This document shows positions 56,516-64,000 of a stretch of 64,000 nucleotides of DNA, in pieces (within the stretch, counting starts at the first letter, position 1; each line of letters opens with the position of its first letter). A model generated the notes under the pieces. The model ran no database searches and was not told the DNA's origin. It was given only the letters and a program-made list of their open reading frames with translations. The DNA comes from the human T2T-CHM13v2.0 reference genome, Homo sapiens: assembly GCF_009914755.1 (NCBI RefSeq), contig NC_060941.1; one strand, 5' to 3'. Position numbers and translations under genes: made by a program.

Positions 56516-58794
56516 TGGATTAGTCCGTTTTCATGCTGCTGATAAAGACATACCTGAGACTGGAGAGAAAAAGAGGTTTAGTTGGACTTACAGTTCCACA
56601 TGGCTGGGAAGGCCTCAGAATCATGGTGGGAGGTGAAAGGCACATCTTACATGGTGGTGGCAAGAGAAAATGAGGAAGATGCAAAAGCAGAAACCCCTGA
56701 TAAAATCATCAGATCTCATGAGACTTATTCACTACCATGAGAATAGTAGGGGGGAAACTGCCCCCATGATTCAAATTATCTCCCACCATATCCCTCCCAC
56801 AAAACATGGGATTTATGGGAGTACAATTCAAGATGAGACTTGAGTGGGGACACAGAGCCAAACCATATCATTCTGCCCCTGGCCCCTCCAAATCTTATGT
56901 CCTCACATTTCAAAACCAATCATGCCTTCCCAACAGTCCCCCTAAGTCTCATCTCATTTCAGCATTAACCCAAAAGTCCACAGTTCAAAGTCTCAACAGA
57001 AACAAGGCAAGTCCCTTCCTCCTATGAGCCTGTAAAATCAAAAGCAAGCTAGTTACTTCCTAGATATAATGGGGGTACAGGTATTGCTGGGTAAATACAG
57101 CTGTTCCAAATGGGAGAAATTGGCCAAAACAAAGGGGTTACAGGGCCCATGCAAGTCCGAAATCCAGCAAGGCAATCAAATTTTAAACCTCCAAAATGAT
57201 CTCCTTTGACTCCAGGTCTCACATCCAGGTCATGCTGATGCAAGAGGTGGGTTCCCATGGTCTTGGGCAACTCCACCCCTGTGGCTTTGTAGGGCACAGC
57301 CTCCCTCCTGGCTGCTTTCACGGGCTGGTGTTGAGTGTCTGCAGCTTTTCCAGGCATACGGTGCAAGCTGTAGGTGGATCTACCATTCTGGGGTCTGGAG
57401 GTCATTGGCCCTCTTCTCACAGCTCCACTAGAAGGTGCCCGAGTAGGGACTCCATATGGTGGCTTCGACCCCACATTTCCCTTCTGCAGTGCCCTAGCAG
57501 AGGTTCTCCATGAGATCCCTGCCCCTGCAGCAAACTTCTGGCTGGGCATCCAAGCGTTTCCATACATCTTCTGAAATCCAGGTGGAAGTTCCCAAACCTC
57601 AATTCTTGACTTCTGTGTACCTAAAGACTCAACACCATGTGGAAACTGCCAAGGCTTAGGGCACCCTCTGAAGCCACAGCTTGAGCTCTATCTACATTGG
57701 CCCCTTTCAGCCATGGCTAGAGCGGCTGGGATGCAGCGCACCAAGTCCCTAGGCTGGACACAGCATTGGGACCCTGGGCCTGGCCCACAAAACCATTTTC
57801 TCCTAGGCCTCCAGGCCTGTGATGGGAGGGGCTGCTGTGAAGACTTCTGACATGCCCTGGAGACATTTTCCCCATTGTCTTGTGGATTAACATTCAGCTT
57901 CTTGTTACTTATGCAAATTTCTGCAGCCTGATTGAATTTCTCCTCAGAAAATGGGTTTTTCTTTTCTATCACATTCTCAGGCTGCAAATTTTCTGAACTT
58001 TTATGCTCTGCTTCCCTCATAAAACTGAATCCATTTAACAGGACCCAAGTCACACCTTGAATGTTTTGCTGCTTAGAAATTTCTTCCACCAGATACCCTA
58101 AATCATCTCTCTCAAGTTCAAAGTTCCACAAATCTCTAGGGCAGTGGCAAAATGCCACCAGTGTCTTTGCTAAAACATAACAAGAGTCACCTCTGCTCCA
58201 GTTCCCGACAAGTTCCTCATCTCCATCTGAGACCACCTCAGCCTGGACCTTATTGTCCATAATGCTGTCAGGCCTTTGGTCAAAGCCACTCAACAAGTCT
58301 CTAGAAGTTCCAAACTTTCCCACATTTTCCTGTCTTCTTCTGAGCCCCCCAGACTGTTCCGACCTTTGCCTGTTCTCCAGCTCCAGAATTGCTTCCACAT
58401 TTTGGATGTCTTTTCAGCAGCACCCCTGGCACCAATTTACTGTATTAGTATGTTTTCATGCTGCTGATGAAGACATACCCGAGACTGGGAAGAAAAAGAG
58501 GTTTAATTGGACTTACAGTTCCACATGGTTTGAGAGGCCTCAGAATTATGGAAGGAGGCAAAAGGCACTTCTTACATTGTGGTGGCAAGAGAAAATGAGG
58601 AAGATGCAAAAGCGGAAACCAATGATAAAACCATCAGATCTCATGAGACTTATTCACTACCATGAAAACAGTATGGGGGAACCACCCCCATGATTCAAAT
58701 TATCTCCCACCAGGTCCCTCCCACAACATATGGGAATTATGGAAGTACAATTCAAGATGAGATTTGGGTGGGGACACAGAGCCAAACCATATCA
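56516..58794 (-). mobile_element. Full-length THE1A-like MaLR (LTR 56516-56870, internal 56871-58440, LTR 58441-58794)
   Basis: Two similar LTRs of about 355 bp ending agccaaaccatatca; THE1 internal region between them. Confidence 0.92.
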
Positions 58795-58894
58795 GTCAGT
58801 CACAAAAACACATTTCTGAGCTCCTTGGGAGAGTCATTTTATTTTGGTCCTGCTGATAGGGACTCTAGTCATTAATCTTCTTGGAGTGAATGAG

Positions 58895-59160
58895 CAGCAA
58901 CATGGCACAGTGATTAACAGCATGGACTGAAAGGCAAACTGCCTGAGTTTGAAACCTGGCTCCACCACTTAATGATGGGGAAACCTCAGGCAAATCACTG
59001 GAGCTCTCAGTGCCCTAGCTTCGTCATCTATAAAATGGAGATAATAATAGTATTTACCTCATAGAGTTGTTATGAGAATCAAATATATATAAATACACAT
59101 AAAACATTTAGAACAGTGCTTTGCATACAGAAAGCACTATGTGTCAGCTGCTGTTATTAT
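58895..59160. mobile_element. MIR
   Basis: catctataaaatggagataataatagtatttacctcatagagttgttatgag. Confidence 0.8.
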
Positions 59161-59233
59161 TACTATTAATACTTACCCTTTAATATTAAGTAATGTGTCC
59201 ATAGAACAGACCTCCATATCCAGGCTGGATTTC

Positions 59234-61165
<1,932 letters not shown>

Positions 61166-61433
61166 CAAAAACAAATTAGATTAGAAAACAATAAAAAGTA
61201 GTGAGAAGTGATTTGACAATGCTGAGGAAAGAAATGGAAGGGCAAATAAAAAGCATTATGTAGATGAAATTCACATAAGGAACAACAAAAATAATCACTA
61301 CAAGGTCACAATGAGGCCTGGAGAAATAATAAAAAATGAAATGAATACAAATGTGATTACAGAGAAAACCAGTAACTAAAGAAAGATAATCAAATACATA
61401 TAATTAGTGTTCCTAAAGAAAAGAGCAAACACA

Positions 61434-61781
<348 letters not shown>

Positions 61782-62043
61782 CTACACTCAAAGCTGGCCT
61801 AGGGGCCACTATTTTTTAACTTAAGAAATGCCACTATTTCATGCCCAGTTCTTAGTATCTTTTAACTATGTCAATCCTTTTTAATTCACATTCATGGGCA
61901 CGCATTAGGTGAAGCTAAACAAAGAATCTATGCCTAGAGGAAGACTCACACACGAAACAAGGTAGTAAGAGCCTATGAATTAGATGCTAAAAGCGCTGCG
62001 GTGGCAATCCGGGAAGGCTTCCCAAAAGAAATGACTTTTGAAG

Positions 62044-62569
62044 TGTGATACCCTACTTTGTTTTAACCTGAGTGACTCTCTCCTAGCAGAGAGAGAGCCG
62101 GACAGACTCCATTTTAGTTTCTCCACTGGCAGCCCCCTTTCACCTCCCTCCCTTAAGGCATAGCTAGTGTAAACTGACTCAAAGCACGTCCAGGAATGCA
62201 CCTACTGATAAGATATTGAGGCAAGCTGCACCAGCAGCTCCTGGGGACGCGCTCGGTGGATGGCAAGCAAAACCCCTGCATTTATCTCTTTGTGATAGTT
62301 TAAGCCCGTGCAATTGGAACTGTTTATATTTTGTAACTGCATTTGTAACCAATTAATTTTTCAACTTTTTGCCAGTTCTGCTTCTGTAAAAATTGCTTCA
62401 GCTAAAATCCCCCCTCCCCTATTTAGACCACGGTATAAAAACAAAACTAGCCCCTTCCTCAGGGCCGAGAAAATTTTGGGCGCTAGCTGCCTCTCGGTTG
62501 CCGGCTAATAAGGACTCTTTAATTTGTCTCAAAGTGTGGCGTTTCTCTGTAACTCGCTTGGTCACAATA
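62044..62569 (+). mobile_element. ERV1 solo LTR, LTR10-family-like (A/F)
   Basis: TGTGATACCCTAC...CACAATA; 4-bp TSD gaag (62040-62043 and 62570-62573); TATAAAA at 62434. Confidence 0.78.
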
Positions 62570-63096
62570 GAAGCTGCTCCTAAAAGCAATGTAGACCCTT
62601 ACAAAGAGACCAGCCCACCTAAATCCCTCCCTTGTTTGAACTCTAACAGTCCTAATATTTTAGACTTAGTAGTAGAACATATATGAACAATACAGTTCAT
62701 TCCTGTGGCTTAGTCTAGCCTCCCCAGCGGGGTCACTCGTGGGATGCAAAAACCAGATTTGGTTACATATACAAATATACCTGGCACAGATGTGGGCGAG
62801 GAATAATCAATTTATGCCTGACGGTGGATTCTGGGCCTCGGGAAGATGCCGTTAGCGGTACCCACAGGAGGGAACTGGAACAGGCAAGAGTAGCGGGACA
62901 GGGCCGGGAATGGGGCACGCCGAGACCAAGAAGCCGACCGAGAGCAAGAAGGCCCAGTCATGCGCACCCGGCGCCTACATCCTCCTGCGGTCCCCCAGGC
63001 CTCTCCCCATAGGCATATGAGCTCTGCTCCACTCCTCGCTTGCCGGTGGACGCAGGCGCCGCGGCCGCCAGCTCTGTGAACGCAGCGGGGTCTCAC

Positions 63097-63210
63097 CTCC
63101 AGGCTACCCCCAACCTCCCGCTCGGTCGGGGGCCCCTCCACGGCCGCTATCACTGGGTCGCGGCTCCTAGCGCCACCATCTTGGACCCCGCGCCTGGGCC
63201 AGGCGAGAAC
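63097..63210 (-). other. ZNF594: ZNF594 non-coding exon 1 (TSS approximate)
   Basis: Minus-strand donor GGAG|GTGAGA at 63097/63096. Confidence 0.7.
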
Positions 63211-63399
63211 TTCCGGTGCGCTCCCCGGGACTGCGGTCCCCCAGTCCGCGCCCCGCCCAGCCGTCCCCCGTCGGCTCCAGCCAATCCGCGCGCGCTCCCC
63301 TGGCCGTCTCCCACCGGATCAGGTGTCTCCTCTGCGCAGACTCCTCCACGACGCCAGTCGGCGCTGGCGTAGCTCGGCTCAGCCCGGCGGAGTCTGACT

Positions 63400-63512
63400 T
63401 CCGGAGGGCCAGCGGCGCGCTGGCTGGTTACCAAGGTTACCACCGAGAGGCCGCGTCCTCAGCTGGTCCTAGACATGCGTGGCGTCGGGGCTGTGGCACG
63501 GTCGGGTCCGGG
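63400..63512 (+). ncRNA. Probable first exon of a divergent lncRNA (ZNF594-DT-type)
   Basis: Plus-strand donor GG|GTGAGT at 63512/63513, just downstream of the second ETS site. The start is approximate. Confidence 0.5.
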
Positions 63513-63516
63513 GTGA

Positions 63517-63841
<325 letters not shown>

Positions 63842-64000
63842 TGATGACTTCTATTTGCAATGCCCGGTCAAAGGCTAGGCGATACAGATCCCAACAAGGA
63901 CAGCTTAATGTTTAAAAGTGTAAGTTCCGAAGTGAGAAAGTCAGACACTCAGAATCCTTGCCCCACCACTTAGGGGCTATGTGACTTTGAACAAGTTACC

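Noticed and set aside
56767-56778. Possible DUX4 site in the THE1 LTRs
   Set aside because: Both LTRs read TGATTCAAATTA, one base longer than the TGATTCAATTA-type motif.
57049-58398. 236-aa and 172-aa ORFs inside THE1A
   Set aside because: Fragments of the broken MaLR internal ORF; no evidence of domestication.

Overview
Human (hominoid) genomic DNA, recognisable as the USP6-ZNF594 locus (17p13.2). Plus strand: the complete coding region of USP6 (TRE17/Tre-2). I reconstructed 29 GT-AG coding exons from 1738 to 44326, totalling 4221 nt = 1406 aa + stop. The gene is a chimera: 13 GC-rich TBC1D3-derived exons (TBC domain) joined to 16 AT-rich USP32-derived exons (USP deubiquitinase domain), with a 3' UTR to about 46380. 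Minus strand: ZNF594, a KRAB-less C2H2 zinc-finger gene with a single coding exon (53180-55603) and a first exon in a bidirectional CpG-island promoter near 63.1-63.5 kb. Repeats include about 35 Alus, an SVA nested in an Alu, a twin-primed L1, a full-length THE1A element, a solo LTR10, MER/Tigger DNA transposons, L2/MIR and a type I keratin pseudogene fragment. Best leads: (1) a fossil of the ancestral TBC1D3 3' end inside the fusion intron, with three alternative C-termini in three frames and an intact poly(A) signal; (2) a cassette exon with a GC donor that splits the chimera into separate TBC and USP ORFs; (3) a 2-nt deletion that cuts about 10 still-open zinc fingers off ZNF594; (4) a decayed duplicate of a USP exon; (5) a templated insertion ending in a fold-back; (6) loss of the USP32 CAAX box. 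No RNA genes, CRISPR arrays or wholly new multi-gene system could be supported. Repeat boundaries and subfamily calls are by eye. Comparisons with TBC1D3, USP32 and reference proteins are from memory and need alignment.
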